A stretch of 64,000 nt of DNA from Bacilli bacterium (GCA_024408335.1 JAKSVB010000007.1:18408-82407); one strand, 5' to 3'. Shown: positions 37,166 to 46,935, numbered from the stretch's first letter. A program made the numbers and translations. Notes: generated by a model from the letters alone, not told the origin.

Positions 37166-38713
37166 CTATTTTCCGCCCTTGAATTTGACATCAACGCCAC
37201 CCTCTTTGATAACGAGGGAAACGATGTCGCCGATATTCCATAAGTCTGGTGTATTAACGACAAACTCTTCGTCGCTTTCTTTGTCCCAGAGAGTGACTTC
37301 GTAGTGGTCGCCAAGGTAAATCATATTAATGATTTCGCCATGGAGATCAGATGCATTGAGATCATCGCTAAGTTCAATATCATCGAAGCCGACTTCGACT
37401 GAAACTTGAAGACCTTCGACGTCTTTTTCTTCGCCTTTGTCGTTAATAAGAGTTCCTTCTTCGCTAAGTTTGAAGCCTGGGAAGAGCTTAAGAACGTCAA
37501 AGTCTGCGTGGATGCCAGCAAACGAAACGTGGCAGTGTGCGGTAAGGTGGCCATCATAGTAGTTGCTTGTGAATGGCTTTTTCATGATTTGGATGTTTTC
37601 AGGTTCGACCGAAACGGAGACCAGTGCGCCTTTTTGAGGGTGTTTTGTTGTTTGCGCGATCATTTCGTGTTTGCCAATCTTCGTGTTGTAGTCGTGTTGC
37701 TTGCCTTTGAAGATCTTGGAAACGATTGTGGCGTTGACGGTACCTTTTCCTTCATCGGCGATGATGACGTCTTCTGGACGAATGACTACGTCAACTTTCT
37801 CGTTATTTGCGAACTTGCCTTCGTCAGCTGGATCGCTATCGAAGGAAGCGCCTAAGAATTTGATCTTGTTATCTTTGAGGACTGTGCCTGTGTAGATTGA
37901 TGATTCGCCAATGAAGTCAGCGACGAATGCGTTCTTTGGTTCGTCGTAGATTTCTTTTGGTGTGCCGACTTGCTGGATTTCACCATCGCTCATGACGACG
38001 ATCGTGTCGCTCATGGTAAGAGCTTCTTCTTGGTCATGGGTGACATAGATGAAAGTGATGCCAAGTTTCTTATGCATCGCCTTAAGTTCGAGTTGCATTT
38101 CTTTTCTCATCTTGAGGTCGAGAGCGCCTAAAGGCTCATCGAGAAGAAGGATTTCTGGTTCGTTGACGATTGCACGAGCGATTGCGATACGTTGTTGTTG
38201 GCCACCTGAAAGGGTGCTGACGGCTCTCTTTTCGAAGCCTTCAAGGTCAACGAGCTTTAATGCGTATCTGACTTTAGCGTCGATTTCGGCTTTGGTGAGT
38301 TTTCTCTTTTTGTAAACAGGTTTGCCATTCTCATCAAGAACCTGCTTGCCTTCTTTGTCTAAGAGAGGCTTATCTAAATCGTCGAGTCTCTTATACTGGA
38401 GGCCGAAAGCGATGTTTTTGTAGATATTTAAGTGAGTGAAAAGAGCATATCTTTGGAAGACGGTGTTGATAGGTCTTTTGTATGGAGGCAAAAGGGATAT
38501 GTCTTGGCCTTTAAGAAGGATTTGGCCGCTTGTAGGCATATCGAAGCCGGCGATCATTCTTAAGGTTGTTGTTTTGCCACATCCAGAAGGTCCTAAGAAG
38601 GTGACGAATTCGCCTTTCTTAATGTCGAGATTGAAGTCCTCGACAGCAGTGAAAGAACCATCGAAAACTTTTTGAACGTGCTTTAATGAAATGATAGTGT
38701 TTTTCTCTTCCAT
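37166..38713 (-). CDS. potA: Spermidine/putrescine ABC transporter ATPase
   Basis: Walker A GPSGCGKTT, LSGGQQQR, LLLDEP. Start at MEEKNTIISLKHV (38713) behind GGAGAGGG. Carries a ~35-aa insertion and a long TOBE-like C-terminus. Confidence 0.93.
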   Translation of the reverse strand: MEEKNTIISLKHVQKVFDGSFTAVEDFNLDIKKGEFVTFLGPSGCGKTTTLRMIAGFDMPTSGQILLKGQDISLLPPYKRPINTVFQRYALFTHLNIYKNIAFGLQYKRLDDLDKPLLDKEGKQVLDENGKPVYKKRKLTKAEIDAKVRYALKLVDLEGFEKRAVSTLSGGQQQRIAIARAIVNEPEILLLDEPLGALDLKMRKEMQLELKAMHKKLGITFIYVTHDQEEALTMSDTIVVMSDGEIQQVGTPKEIYDEPKNAFVADFIGESSIYTGTVLKDNKIKFLGASFDSDPADEGKFANNEKVDVVIRPEDVIIADEGKGTVNATIVSKIFKGKQHDYNTKIGKHEMIAQTTKHPQKGALVSVSVEPENIQIMKKPFTSNYYDGHLTAHCHVSFAGIHADFDVLKLFPGFKLSEEGTLINDKGEEKDVEGLQVSVEVGFDDIELSDDLNASDLHGEIINMIYLGDHYEVTLWDKESDEEFVVNTPDLWNIGDIVSLVIKEGGVDVKFKGGK

Positions 38714-39116
38714 TTTTCCCTCTCCAAAACTCATCAAAATTTTGAGTGTTGTTTTCGTCAAATTTCGTAGTGAAAAATCACTATAAAACTTAACGCGAAA
38801 AATAATGAGGTAAAAACACTCAAAAAACAACAACTTTTTTTAACATTTTTTCGAAAAGATTTTTGACAAGAAAACTCAAAAAAGTAAAAGTTGGCTTTTT
38901 ATGGGCCTTATCGAGGTTTTTCCTCTTTTTTATAGCACAAAATTTTTAGTGAAATTTTTTTGAAAAAACCGTTAAAAAAATCATCAAAAAATCCTTTCGA
39001 GTTTTTTGAGGGTTTTTCACCCTCTTTTTCGAAAGGGGTTTCCTCGCGTGCGCGTACCTTTTATCAACGAAATATTTGGGTTAGTTTCGCGATCAAAAAT
39101 GCTATAGAATATAGGC

Positions 39117-40157
39117 ATGAAAAAATTAGCCCTTTTCTTAGCGCTTCCTCTTACCATAATCTCACTAGGAAGCTGCTCAAAACAAAGTAACGAAATCCTC
39201 TATCTCCCATATGGCAAACTTTGTGATGAAAACATTGAAGAAAACGAGGGCCAAAACCTTCTTGATTATCTTGATGTAATAGACGAGACAAAACTTGAAA
39301 GCAAAATCAAAAACAAGGACTCGTTTATCCTTCTTTCTTTTGATGACAATTCTTCCTCAAAAAGCATTAAGAAATTCATGTCTTCTTTCGCCTCTTATTT
39401 GAGGGTCGCTAACGCGCCTGTTTTCTTTGTTTCTAGAAGCGGCAACGAGAACGAATCCCTCCTCTCTTTGTATAGGGGCGGCAAAGAGATCCATAGACGC
39501 GAAACGAAAGGCGAAAATGATGCGTTCAATTCATTTGGGGGAATCGCTTCCTGGATGGATGAAAGAACCTCCATTTCAGATATGCTTTACGTTAACGAAA
39601 ACCAACTCGATTCCTTATTTGAAAAGAGCGATCAGTTCACTGTAGGCTTCCTTAGAGAAGGGTGTCCAGATTGCACTTATCTTAAAGAAAGCGTTCTTTA
39701 CAATTACAATAAAAACCACAATAACACCTCATATTTAGTGGACTGCGATTCTCTAAGTGAAGGCTTCAAAGATAAGTATGGATTGACCTCTTCTTCTAAT
39801 GAAGATTATGGGTATGATTCAGGCTACGTTCCAACGTTTGTGAGGTACGCTCCAGCGGGTGGAAACAAGGCCGAATCCATTGTTGACGCAGCGGTTTATT
39901 TGAACGATAAAGTCACTTTTGAAGGTGGCAAATACACTGTCTCAACCTCCTATTATTCAGAAGCAAGAAAAGACATTTTAGGCTTCTTTGGAAGCACTAA
40001 AATTGATACTAAAGTCATTGAAGGAATGACTCTTGACGAGAGCAAAATCAATAAGATCAGTGACGATTATTTCATGTGGAAAAGAGAGGAAGCCGCTAAA
40101 TTCCATAACCCAATAATCAAGGCGTTTTTAGACGCTTACGTATCAATAAAAAAGTAA
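39117..40157 (+). CDS. Lipoprotein with thioredoxin-like CxxC (CPDC) module
   Basis: Lipobox IISLGSC; FLREGCPDCTYLKESV in the second half. Confidence 0.6.
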   Translation: MKKLALFLALPLTIISLGSCSKQSNEILYLPYGKLCDENIEENEGQNLLDYLDVIDETKLESKIKNKDSFILLSFDDNSSSKSIKKFMSSFASYLRVANAPVFFVSRSGNENESLLSLYRGGKEIHRRETKGENDAFNSFGGIASWMDERTSISDMLYVNENQLDSLFEKSDQFTVGFLREGCPDCTYLKESVLYNYNKNHNNTSYLVDCDSLSEGFKDKYGLTSSSNEDYGYDSGYVPTFVRYAPAGGNKAESIVDAAVYLNDKVTFEGGKYTVSTSYYSEARKDILGFFGSTKIDTKVIEGMTLDESKINKISDDYFMWKREEAAKFHNPIIKAFLDAYVSIKK

Positions 40158-40211
40158 GAAATCCCACTACTTTTTCTTTAGAAAAAATAACCTTAAGAGT
40201 AGAATAACAAC

Positions 40212-41330
40212 ATGCCTTATATCAGAAACGTTTTAGCAGCTCTTCGTAGAGCAGACCTCAACTTCTCACTCATCGACGATGGCGACAGAATCGCTATCGG
40301 AGTCTCCGGTGGCAAGGATTCCCTTTGCCTTCTTAAGGCTCTCTCGATATATACCAAATATTCAAAGAAGAATTTTACAATCGTTCCAATTTTCTTGGAT
40401 TTAGGCTTTGATTTTGATAGAAACGAAATCAAGAAACTTGAGGATTTCTCTCTTGAATGCGGCGCTAAACTCAACGTTGTTGATAGCAAGTTCGTCTACG
40501 AAGTCCTTAAAGCGCACAAGAAGGATGATGGCCATCTCCCATGCTCAATCTGTTCAAGAATGAAGAAAGCCGCCATCAACGCCGAAGCCCTTAGACTCAA
40601 ATGCAACAAAGTTGCTTTCGCTCACCATAATGAAGACTCTATTGAGACTCTTTTCATGAATATGGTCCATGGAGGCAGAGTCGCGACTTTTGATCCAAAG
40701 ATGAGACTTGATAGAGCAGGCATTACCTTTATCCGCCCTCTCATCTACTGCTATGAGAAGCAACTCATTAACATGGCAAGAGAAGAAAACCTCCCAATCG
40801 TTGAGACTAATTGCCCTGCAAATAAGCATACAGAACGCGAAGTCATTAAGAATTTCGTCAAGAAGTGCTATCACGATTATCCTGAAACAGTTAATAACTT
40901 CAGGAACATGATGGAGAATTATGAGCCATTTAACCTCTACTTCAAGAACATCGAATTCGTTGATGAAGAGCATCAGCACTACTCCATCCGTCCAATCCTT
41001 GATTCAGATGATATGAGAGGCACTAAGATCGCTACAAAAAAGAAGAAAGAAGGCGAGAAAGATTTCCTTCTTCTCAAAGATCACAAACGTATTGGCGAAA
41101 TCTCTTATACCAACTTAAGTGCACACAAGGTACTTCTTTTTAACCTTTCCGGCGACATAAAAGAAACAGCTTACTGCATCAAACTTCTTTTGGATAAGAT
41201 TTCCGAAAAAGTCAACCCAGTCCACTTCTATTTCTTTGACAAAAAGAAAGAGGCCCTAGCTCTTGGCTTCAAAGAGACCTTCATCGAAGGAAGAAAGAGA
41301 CCTGTATATCTTTTGACCGTAAAAAAATAG
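40212..41330 (+). CDS. PP-loop ATPase of the TtcA/tRNA-thiolation type with a ~120-aa C-terminal extension
   Basis: IGVSGGKDSLCLL PP-loop, LPCSICSRMKKAAI and NCPANKH Cys motifs. The C-terminal domain is unassigned. Confidence 0.65.
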   Translation: MPYIRNVLAALRRADLNFSLIDDGDRIAIGVSGGKDSLCLLKALSIYTKYSKKNFTIVPIFLDLGFDFDRNEIKKLEDFSLECGAKLNVVDSKFVYEVLKAHKKDDGHLPCSICSRMKKAAINAEALRLKCNKVAFAHHNEDSIETLFMNMVHGGRVATFDPKMRLDRAGITFIRPLIYCYEKQLINMAREENLPIVETNCPANKHTEREVIKNFVKKCYHDYPETVNNFRNMMENYEPFNLYFKNIEFVDEEHQHYSIRPILDSDDMRGTKIATKKKKEGEKDFLLLKDHKRIGEISYTNLSAHKVLLFNLSGDIKETAYCIKLLLDKISEKVNPVHFYFFDKKKEALALGFKETFIEGRKRPVYLLTVKK

Positions 41331-41422
41331 AGTTTCAAATAAAGATACGCTAACAATAAAACTTTATGCCTTCCAAGCGAAGGCTTTTTCTTTACAATAT
41401 TCTTAACTAGGAGAGAAATATT

Positions 41423-42073
41423 ATGGCAAAAACACCTGTTATCAAAGATTTTCCTTTAATGGAACGTTGGAATAAATCAATCGGACTCAAAAGAAAGCCA
41501 AACAAAGCTGACGGATTAACCCAATTAGATACATACGTTTTCTATGGAGACGTTAACGTCTATACCCAATCGATGTTCAAAAACGGATATAGCACAGTCA
41601 TCTGTTTTGACCTTAGCGAAATCCATGAAGCCTATGGTCAACAATTGGGTGGACTTCAGGAATTCGTCAATAAGTTCTGCAAGAGATTTACCTACTTTGA
41701 GGATATCGGCGAAGGCCTTGTCACCTTCTCTGCTGACGAGCTTCTTGATAAAACATATTTCTCGAAGTTATTCTCAACATTCTGGTTCTTCGTCAAGAAC
41801 ATGAACGAATTCTTAGGCAAGAACGCTGATAACCCATACACTGACGACTACGCAAGAACGTTATATAGAGAGCATGTCACCGATCAAAAGAACAAACACA
41901 AAGGCATTATGATCGCTGGTCTTATCCTTGGCGGTGCTGGCTTAGTCTTAGCAATCATGGGTCTTGGTGTACTCGCTGGCTTAATGATGTTTGGAGGCGT
42001 CATTGGCGCCATCTATCATGGCGTGAAGATGAAAGTCTGCGACAACGAGTTCTTCAGAGTCAGAGAACGTTAA
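41423..42073 (+). CDS. Hypothetical protein with C-terminal double-TM glycine-zipper anchor
   Basis: IMIAGLILGGAGLVLAIMGLGVLAGLMMFGGVIGAIY near the C-terminus. No family recognised. Confidence 0.5.
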   Translation: MAKTPVIKDFPLMERWNKSIGLKRKPNKADGLTQLDTYVFYGDVNVYTQSMFKNGYSTVICFDLSEIHEAYGQQLGGLQEFVNKFCKRFTYFEDIGEGLVTFSADELLDKTYFSKLFSTFWFFVKNMNEFLGKNADNPYTDDYARTLYREHVTDQKNKHKGIMIAGLILGGAGLVLAIMGLGVLAGLMMFGGVIGAIYHGVKMKVCDNEFFRVRER

Positions 42074-42092
42074 ACCGCTAAACAAGTATTAT

Positions 42093-42118
42093 AGAGAGGT
42101 TTGATCCTCTCTTTTTTT
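42093..42118 (+). terminator. Rho-independent terminator (plus-oriented)
   Basis: AGAGAGG-UUUGAU-CCUCUCU followed by UUUUUU. Confidence 0.85.
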
Positions 42119-42124
42119 ACGTCT

Positions 42125-42296
42125 TTTAATGTAGCGCACCGTTGGAGCTGCGGCACTAACCCAAAAGGTAGCCCCGTTGTATTAACTATGCTTCTGTTGG
42201 CACCACTGCTATTAGTGGCTCTATTACCAACAACTCTCAATCTGTAGCGGACCCTTACGACACGCGAATATACCCTCCAGGGCAAGCCACTTAATC
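42125..42296 (-). ncRNA. Candidate structured small RNA (~165 nt, rod-like; family unassigned)
   Basis: A GC-rich, ORF-free segment boxed in by two inward-facing terminators. It hand-folds to a long imperfect hairpin whose G.U pairs exist only on the minus strand (see finding). Confidence 0.35.
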
Positions 42297-42306
42297 TTTA
42301 TAAGAT

Positions 42307-42334
42307 TAAAAATGCCCCTTTCATTAAGGGGCAT
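42307..42334 (-). terminator. Rho-independent terminator after rbfA
   Basis: AUGCCCCUU-AAUGA-AAGGGGCAU followed by UUUUUA. Confidence 0.85.
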
Positions 42335-42351
42335 ATATTGTTTTGGGAACT

Positions 42352-42717
42352 CTATTCCTTGCCTTCTTTGGCCTTTTGAAGTTGTTCTTCTTCTCTTTTC
42401 AACGCTGCGTTGATTTTCTCTTCTTTGTAGAAGATGTCATCAAGGATGAAGACGAGATTAGGAACCTTGCGAAGGTCCATCTTTTTGGCAAGTGAGCTTC
42501 TTACGAAACCTTTGCAGCGGTTAAGCTCTTCAAGGTTTTGGGTAGGATATTTCGCTCCAAGGAAGGAAACATAGACTTTAGCGACGCTGTAATCGTTAGC
42601 GACCACAACTTCGTTAACGCTTGGCATGCCAATGTGCGAGTTCTTAAGCTCAAACATCAGGATATCGCTGATATTACGAGCTATGACTGCTTTGATGCGT
42701 CCATTACGGTCTGCCAT
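42352..42717 (-). CDS. rbfA: Ribosome-binding factor A
   Basis: 121 aa: RIKAVIARNISDILMFELKN...; directly after infB. Confidence 0.92.
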   Translation of the reverse strand: MADRNGRIKAVIARNISDILMFELKNSHIGMPSVNEVVVANDYSVAKVYVSFLGAKYPTQNLEELNRCKGFVRSSLAKKMDLRKVPNLVFILDDIFYKEEKINAALKREEEQLQKAKEGKE

Positions 42718-42719
42718 CG

Positions 42720-44585
42720 TTATTCCTTGTCCACCATCTCGTAGCCTTCGATGATGTCCCCTTCTTTGATGTCGTTATAGTTTTTGATTGTGATACCGCA
42801 TTCGTAGCCGGTCTTGACTTCTTTTGCGTCATCCTTGAATCTCTTTAAGCCTGCGAGCTCACCTTCATAGACGACAACGCCTGCTCTAAGAAGACGGACT
42901 TTGCTGCCTGCTTTGATGGTGCCGCTAGTGACATAAGAGCCACCGACTGTACCGATGCTGCTGATCTTATAGATGTGACGGATTTCTGCTTGTCCAGTGA
43001 CATGTTCGACTTGCTCAGCCTTATACATACCTTTGACAAGGGCTTCCATTTCTTCAAGGACTTCGTAGATGATACGGTGGGTTCTGATTTCGACGCCGGC
43101 TTCTGCTGCTTTAGCGGTGATTCTTGCGTCTGGTCTAATGTTGAAGCCATAGATGATGGCGTGAGAAGCTTGGGCAAGAAGAAGGTCACTGTCATTGATT
43201 GCACCTGCGCTTGCGGCGAGGACTTTGATGTGAACTTGTTCGCTTGATTGCTTTTCAAGGTTTGCTTTAAGAGCTTCAGCACTGCCTTCTGTATCGGCTT
43301 TGATGATGACGTTGACGTCTTGAACCTTACCAGCGTTAACGAGGTTATTGAGATCGCTAAGAGACATAGCTGCATTTGCGCCTCTTTCTTGCTTTTGCTT
43401 TTCAAGGGCTCTCTTCTCAGCGATTTCTTTAGCTTCTTTTTCGGTTGGGAAAGCCATGAAGCGGTCACCTGCTTGAGGGACTGCGCTTAAACCTGTGACA
43501 GCGACTGGTGCGCTTGGGCCAGCGCTCTTAAGGACAGCATTGTATTCATTGGTCATTCTACGGATCTTACCATAGATTTCGCCAACGACGACGTAGTCGC
43601 TTGCGGCAATGGTACCGTTTTGGACGAGGAGCGTGGCTTTTGGACCTTCGCCTTTGTCGAGTTTTGCTTCGAGAACGGTTCCGATTGCGTATCTATTTGG
43701 GTTAGCCTTAAGTTCCATGACTTCGGCTTTAAGTGAGATGGTGTCTAATAAATCGTTTAAGCCTTTGCCTGTTTTGGCACTGACTTCGACGCACATGATG
43801 TCTCCACCATAGTCTTCGCTGATGACGTCATGAGCCATGAGTTCGTTTTTGACGCGGTTTGGATCGGCGCCTGGCTTATCCATCTTGTTGATTGCGACAA
43901 TGATTTCGCAGTTAGCAGCACGGGCGTGGTTAATAGCCTCGATTGTTTGAGGCATGACACCATCGTCAGCTGCAACGACAAGAACCATGATATCGGTAGC
44001 ATCTGCGCCACGGGCTCTCATTGCGGTGAAAGCTTCGTGCCCAGGAGTATCGATGATGGTGATTTTCTTGCCTTTGTATTCTTTTTGATAAGCACCGATG
44101 GCTTGGGAGATGCCACCAGCTTCGTGAGCGGCGACGTCGCTATGACGGATGGCGTCGATGATTGAGGTCTTGCCATGGTCGACGTGACCGGCAACGCAGA
44201 CGACTGGAGCGCGTTCTTGAAGGTCTTTTGGATCGTCTTCGATCTTAAGGGCTTCGAAGTTTACGGCGTCAACGATTTCTTCTTTCTTGAAGTCGTAGTT
44301 GTATTCCAAACAGATGGTGCCGATTGTTTCGTCATCGAGAAGTTGGTTGATGGTAACGGCTTTGCCGTTCATGAACATGAACTTGATGATGGCAGGAACT
44401 GGAACGTTGATGGCTTTTGAAAGCTCACCGACGGTAAGAGGCTTCGAATAAACGAAGACACCGCCGTTGACTTTGGCGAAGTCCTCTTTCTTCTTGTTAT
44501 TTGGGCGGGATTCAAAGTTTGCTTGACGGGAAGCATTGTGGTTCTTTACTGGACCGCTTTTCTTGTTAAATTGTTGTTTCTTCAT
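42720..44585 (-). CDS. infB: Translation initiation factor IF-2
   Basis: G domain [21 protein letters not shown]. Short N-terminal region. Confidence 0.97.
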   Translation of the reverse strand: MKKQQFNKKSGPVKNHNASRQANFESRPNNKKKEDFAKVNGGVFVYSKPLTVGELSKAINVPVPAIIKFMFMNGKAVTINQLLDDETIGTICLEYNYDFKKEEIVDAVNFEALKIEDDPKDLQERAPVVCVAGHVDHGKTSIIDAIRHSDVAAHEAGGISQAIGAYQKEYKGKKITIIDTPGHEAFTAMRARGADATDIMVLVVAADDGVMPQTIEAINHARAANCEIIVAINKMDKPGADPNRVKNELMAHDVISEDYGGDIMCVEVSAKTGKGLNDLLDTISLKAEVMELKANPNRYAIGTVLEAKLDKGEGPKATLLVQNGTIAASDYVVVGEIYGKIRRMTNEYNAVLKSAGPSAPVAVTGLSAVPQAGDRFMAFPTEKEAKEIAEKRALEKQKQERGANAAMSLSDLNNLVNAGKVQDVNVIIKADTEGSAEALKANLEKQSSEQVHIKVLAASAGAINDSDLLLAQASHAIIYGFNIRPDARITAKAAEAGVEIRTHRIIYEVLEEMEALVKGMYKAEQVEHVTGQAEIRHIYKISSIGTVGGSYVTSGTIKAGSKVRLLRAGVVVYEGELAGLKRFKDDAKEVKTGYECGITIKNYNDIKEGDIIEGYEMVDKE

Positions 44586-44886
44586 CTTGCTCTCCTTTCT
44601 TGGCCTTTAAGAGGAAATTCATGCTGGCTTTCTTATGCAGAATGCCTATGAAATTGATTTTGTGATGTCCCAAGGCGTTTCCTAACTCAGTTGAACTGTA
44701 TTCTTGGAAAAATGGCTTATGGGCACGCTTGATCTTGCCTAAGTATTTCTCTCCTTCGCCGCTAACGATATCGCTTGCGGCTACGATAAGGGTCACCTCA
44801 TCGATTCTTCTCCAGAGTTCCTCGCCAATGATTACTTGACGAGATGGATAGAGAAGTCCAAGGAAACCTAAGGCATCTTTTTTCAT
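44566..44886 (-). CDS. ylxQ: L7Ae-family RNA-binding protein YlxQ
   Basis: 106 aa between ylxR and infB, overlapping both, with a VIIGEE...LIVAASD pattern. Confidence 0.75.
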   Translation of the reverse strand: MKKDALGFLGLLYPSRQVIIGEELWRRIDEVTLIVAASDIVSGEGEKYLGKIKRAHKPFFQEYSSTELGNALGHHKINFIGILHKKASMNFLLKAKKGEQDEETTI

Positions 44887-45122
44887 ACTTTTCTAATTTC
44901 TTCCTCTTCGTTTAAGGTTAATGGACGATGAAGGATCCTATTGAAGCACTGCCTTTCTAAGGCAAGGCTACCGGAACCCTTCTTGAGATAAACGCCTCGT
45001 CCTGGGAGTTTATGGTCGTCGTCTTTAGTAAGAACACCGCCAAAGACGACAAACCTCACTAAATCCTCTCTTGAAAATCTCTTTCTCGAGAGGATATCGG
45101 TTCTTGGGTTTTCGACTTTCAT
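44883..45122 (-). CDS. ylxR: YlxR/RnpM (DUF448) RNA-binding protein
   Basis: LPGRGVYLKKGSGSLALERQCFNRIL motif; the position after nusA is conserved. Confidence 0.85.
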   Translation of the reverse strand: MKVENPRTDILSRKRFSREDLVRFVVFGGVLTKDDDHKLPGRGVYLKKGSGSLALERQCFNRILHRPLTLNEEEEIRKV

Positions 45123-46912
45123 TATTCGTCGTAGTATTCGTCGTTATATTCGTATTCGAGGTTCTCGTCTTCTTCGCTATAGTAATCGGATTCGATTTCT
45201 TCTGCTTCGACTTCGGCGAGTTCTTCCTCGGTGTAGATTGGCATTGCGTTGATAGGAGCTTCTGGAGCGACGTGAGGAACTTCTTTTTCGGTGACTTTGT
45301 GAGGTTTCTTGTCATCCTTCTTGAACTTCTTCTTTTCGCCTTTCTTTTCGCTCTTACCAGTGTTAGCAAGATCTTTTTCAAGGTCATCAAGAGTGATGGT
45401 TGTCTTAACTTCGACTCTGATTTCTGGTTCTTTTTCTTCGACTGGTGCTGGAGCTGGAGCTTCTTCTTTAGCGACTGGGGCAGCTGCAAGAGTTTCCTCA
45501 ACAGCGACTGGTGCTGCTTCTTCTGCGGCAAGGGTTTCTTCGTCTTCGACGCCAAGTTCGATGGTTGGCATTTCTTCTTCTGATTTACGGAGAGCTTCTT
45601 TTTCTTCGGCAAGGCGGAGGGTACGAGCTGCGTAATCTGCTCTTTGATGAGCTTTCTTTTCTTCTTCGACTCTTGCTCTCATTGCTTCGACTGTCTCGAA
45701 TTCGATGCCGTCTTCTTTAGCTGCGGTCTCTTCATAGATTTCGATAGCGTAGCCAGTGAGTTTCTTAGCAAGGCGGATGTTAGCGCTCTTCTTGCCAAGA
45801 GCTAAGCTATATTGGCCATCTTCGACAATGACATATGCGCCTGGTTCGGTTTCTTCTTCATCAAGAGGTTTGATGCCAACGCCAAGGACTTTGGCTGGGC
45901 GAAGTGATTCGGCGATGAATAATGCTTTGTCATCGGTATAAGGAATGATGTCGATCTTTTCCTTTTCGTGGGAGTTGCCAAGTTGAGCGACGATCTTTTG
46001 GATACGTGAACCGCCAGTACCGATACATGCGCCTGTTGGATCGACGTCTTCTTTGAGGGAAGCGACTGCGACTTTGCTTCTCACACCTGCGATACGGGCA
46101 ATGCCTTTAATAAGGACTGTGCCTTCATAGATTTCGTGGATTTCGTCTTCGAAGAGTCTCTTTAAGAATCCTTCGCTTGAACGGGTGACTTCGATTTGTG
46201 GTCCTTTGTCTAATTCGTTTTCTGCTGGTTTTGCTTCTTGGATGTAGACTTTGACGACATCGTCGACTTTGAAGAATTCGTCGCCGATCATGTCTTTCTT
46301 ACCAAGTTCAACGGTTGTTCTACCGATGTCGATGGTGACGCCGCGTTCGGTGGCTGCAACGACTTTACCGGTGATCATTTCGCCGATTTGGTCTTTGTAG
46401 ATGTCATATAATGCGACTCTTTCAGCTTCGGTGATCTTGGCCTTAAGGATGGTCTTGACTGATGAAGTTGTGAATTTGGTTAATTCTGAAAGAGGGCAGT
46501 AGATTGAATATGCGTTGCCTTCTTTGATGTTTTTCTTTTCTTTTTCGACTAAAGAGAGAAGGTGCTTGAGATCGTCGCGTTGAAGTTTTTCTTCTCCACG
46601 AGGTCTAAGATAGGTTGCAATTTCTGCTTCAAGGTCAGCGATTGTTTTCTCTGCGTCCTCTAAAGCGTCTTCTTTAGAGATTTGAAGGTAATCGTCTTCG
46701 ACTTCTTTGACGACCCACTTCTTTTGGCAAAGAGTGATATGTCCTCCAACCTCATCGATAACGGCTTCGACCATTGCGTCGTCTCCGCCTTTGAGGTACT
46801 TGATGTAGGAGGTTTCCATTGCTTCTTTGAGGGAAGCGACAATAGCTTCGTGGCTAATTCCTTTTGCGTTTGCGATTAAATCAATTGATTCGCTGAATGC
46901 TTTCACGTCCAT
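45122..46912 (-). CDS. nusA: Transcription termination/antitermination factor NusA with an N-domain insertion and a ~170-aa acidic/low-complexity tail
   Basis: S1 (GEMITGKVVAATERGVTIDIG), KH1/KH2 (GACIGTGGSRIQ, ...AKKLTGYAIEIY), then an E/A/K-rich tail ending EYNDEYYDE. Confidence 0.95.
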   Translation of the reverse strand: MDVKAFSESIDLIANAKGISHEAIVASLKEAMETSYIKYLKGGDDAMVEAVIDEVGGHITLCQKKWVVKEVEDDYLQISKEDALEDAEKTIADLEAEIATYLRPRGEEKLQRDDLKHLLSLVEKEKKNIKEGNAYSIYCPLSELTKFTTSSVKTILKAKITEAERVALYDIYKDQIGEMITGKVVAATERGVTIDIGRTTVELGKKDMIGDEFFKVDDVVKVYIQEAKPAENELDKGPQIEVTRSSEGFLKRLFEDEIHEIYEGTVLIKGIARIAGVRSKVAVASLKEDVDPTGACIGTGGSRIQKIVAQLGNSHEKEKIDIIPYTDDKALFIAESLRPAKVLGVGIKPLDEEETEPGAYVIVEDGQYSLALGKKSANIRLAKKLTGYAIEIYEETAAKEDGIEFETVEAMRARVEEEKKAHQRADYAARTLRLAEEKEALRKSEEEMPTIELGVEDEETLAAEEAAPVAVEETLAAAPVAKEEAPAPAPVEEKEPEIRVEVKTTITLDDLEKDLANTGKSEKKGEKKKFKKDDKKPHKVTEKEVPHVAPEAPINAMPIYTEEELAEVEAEEIESDYYSEEDENLEYEYNDEYYDE

Positions 46913-46935
46913 GGTATTCTGTTTTCCTTTCTTCT

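Noticed and set aside
38960-39190. 76-aa plus-strand ORF crossing the pot/lipoprotein spacer
   Set aside because: It starts with a non-ATG codon in homopolymer-rich DNA, runs through a hairpin/T-run and overlaps the real lipoprotein start in another frame.
42202-42219. Apical hairpin of the 42125..42296 RNA candidate considered as SRP RNA helix 8
   Set aside because: It lacks the GGAA/GNRA tetraloop and the conserved AGG/AGCA internal loops of SRP RNA. The stem is fully paired.
45025-45612. 195-aa extremely basic ORF (MPKKKKLSVNQKKK...) overlapping the nusA 3' end and ylxR
   Set aside because: It is the frame-shifted reading of the GAA/GAG-rich acidic NusA tail, where AAG/AGA codons arise automatically. 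It also overlaps the well-supported ylxR.
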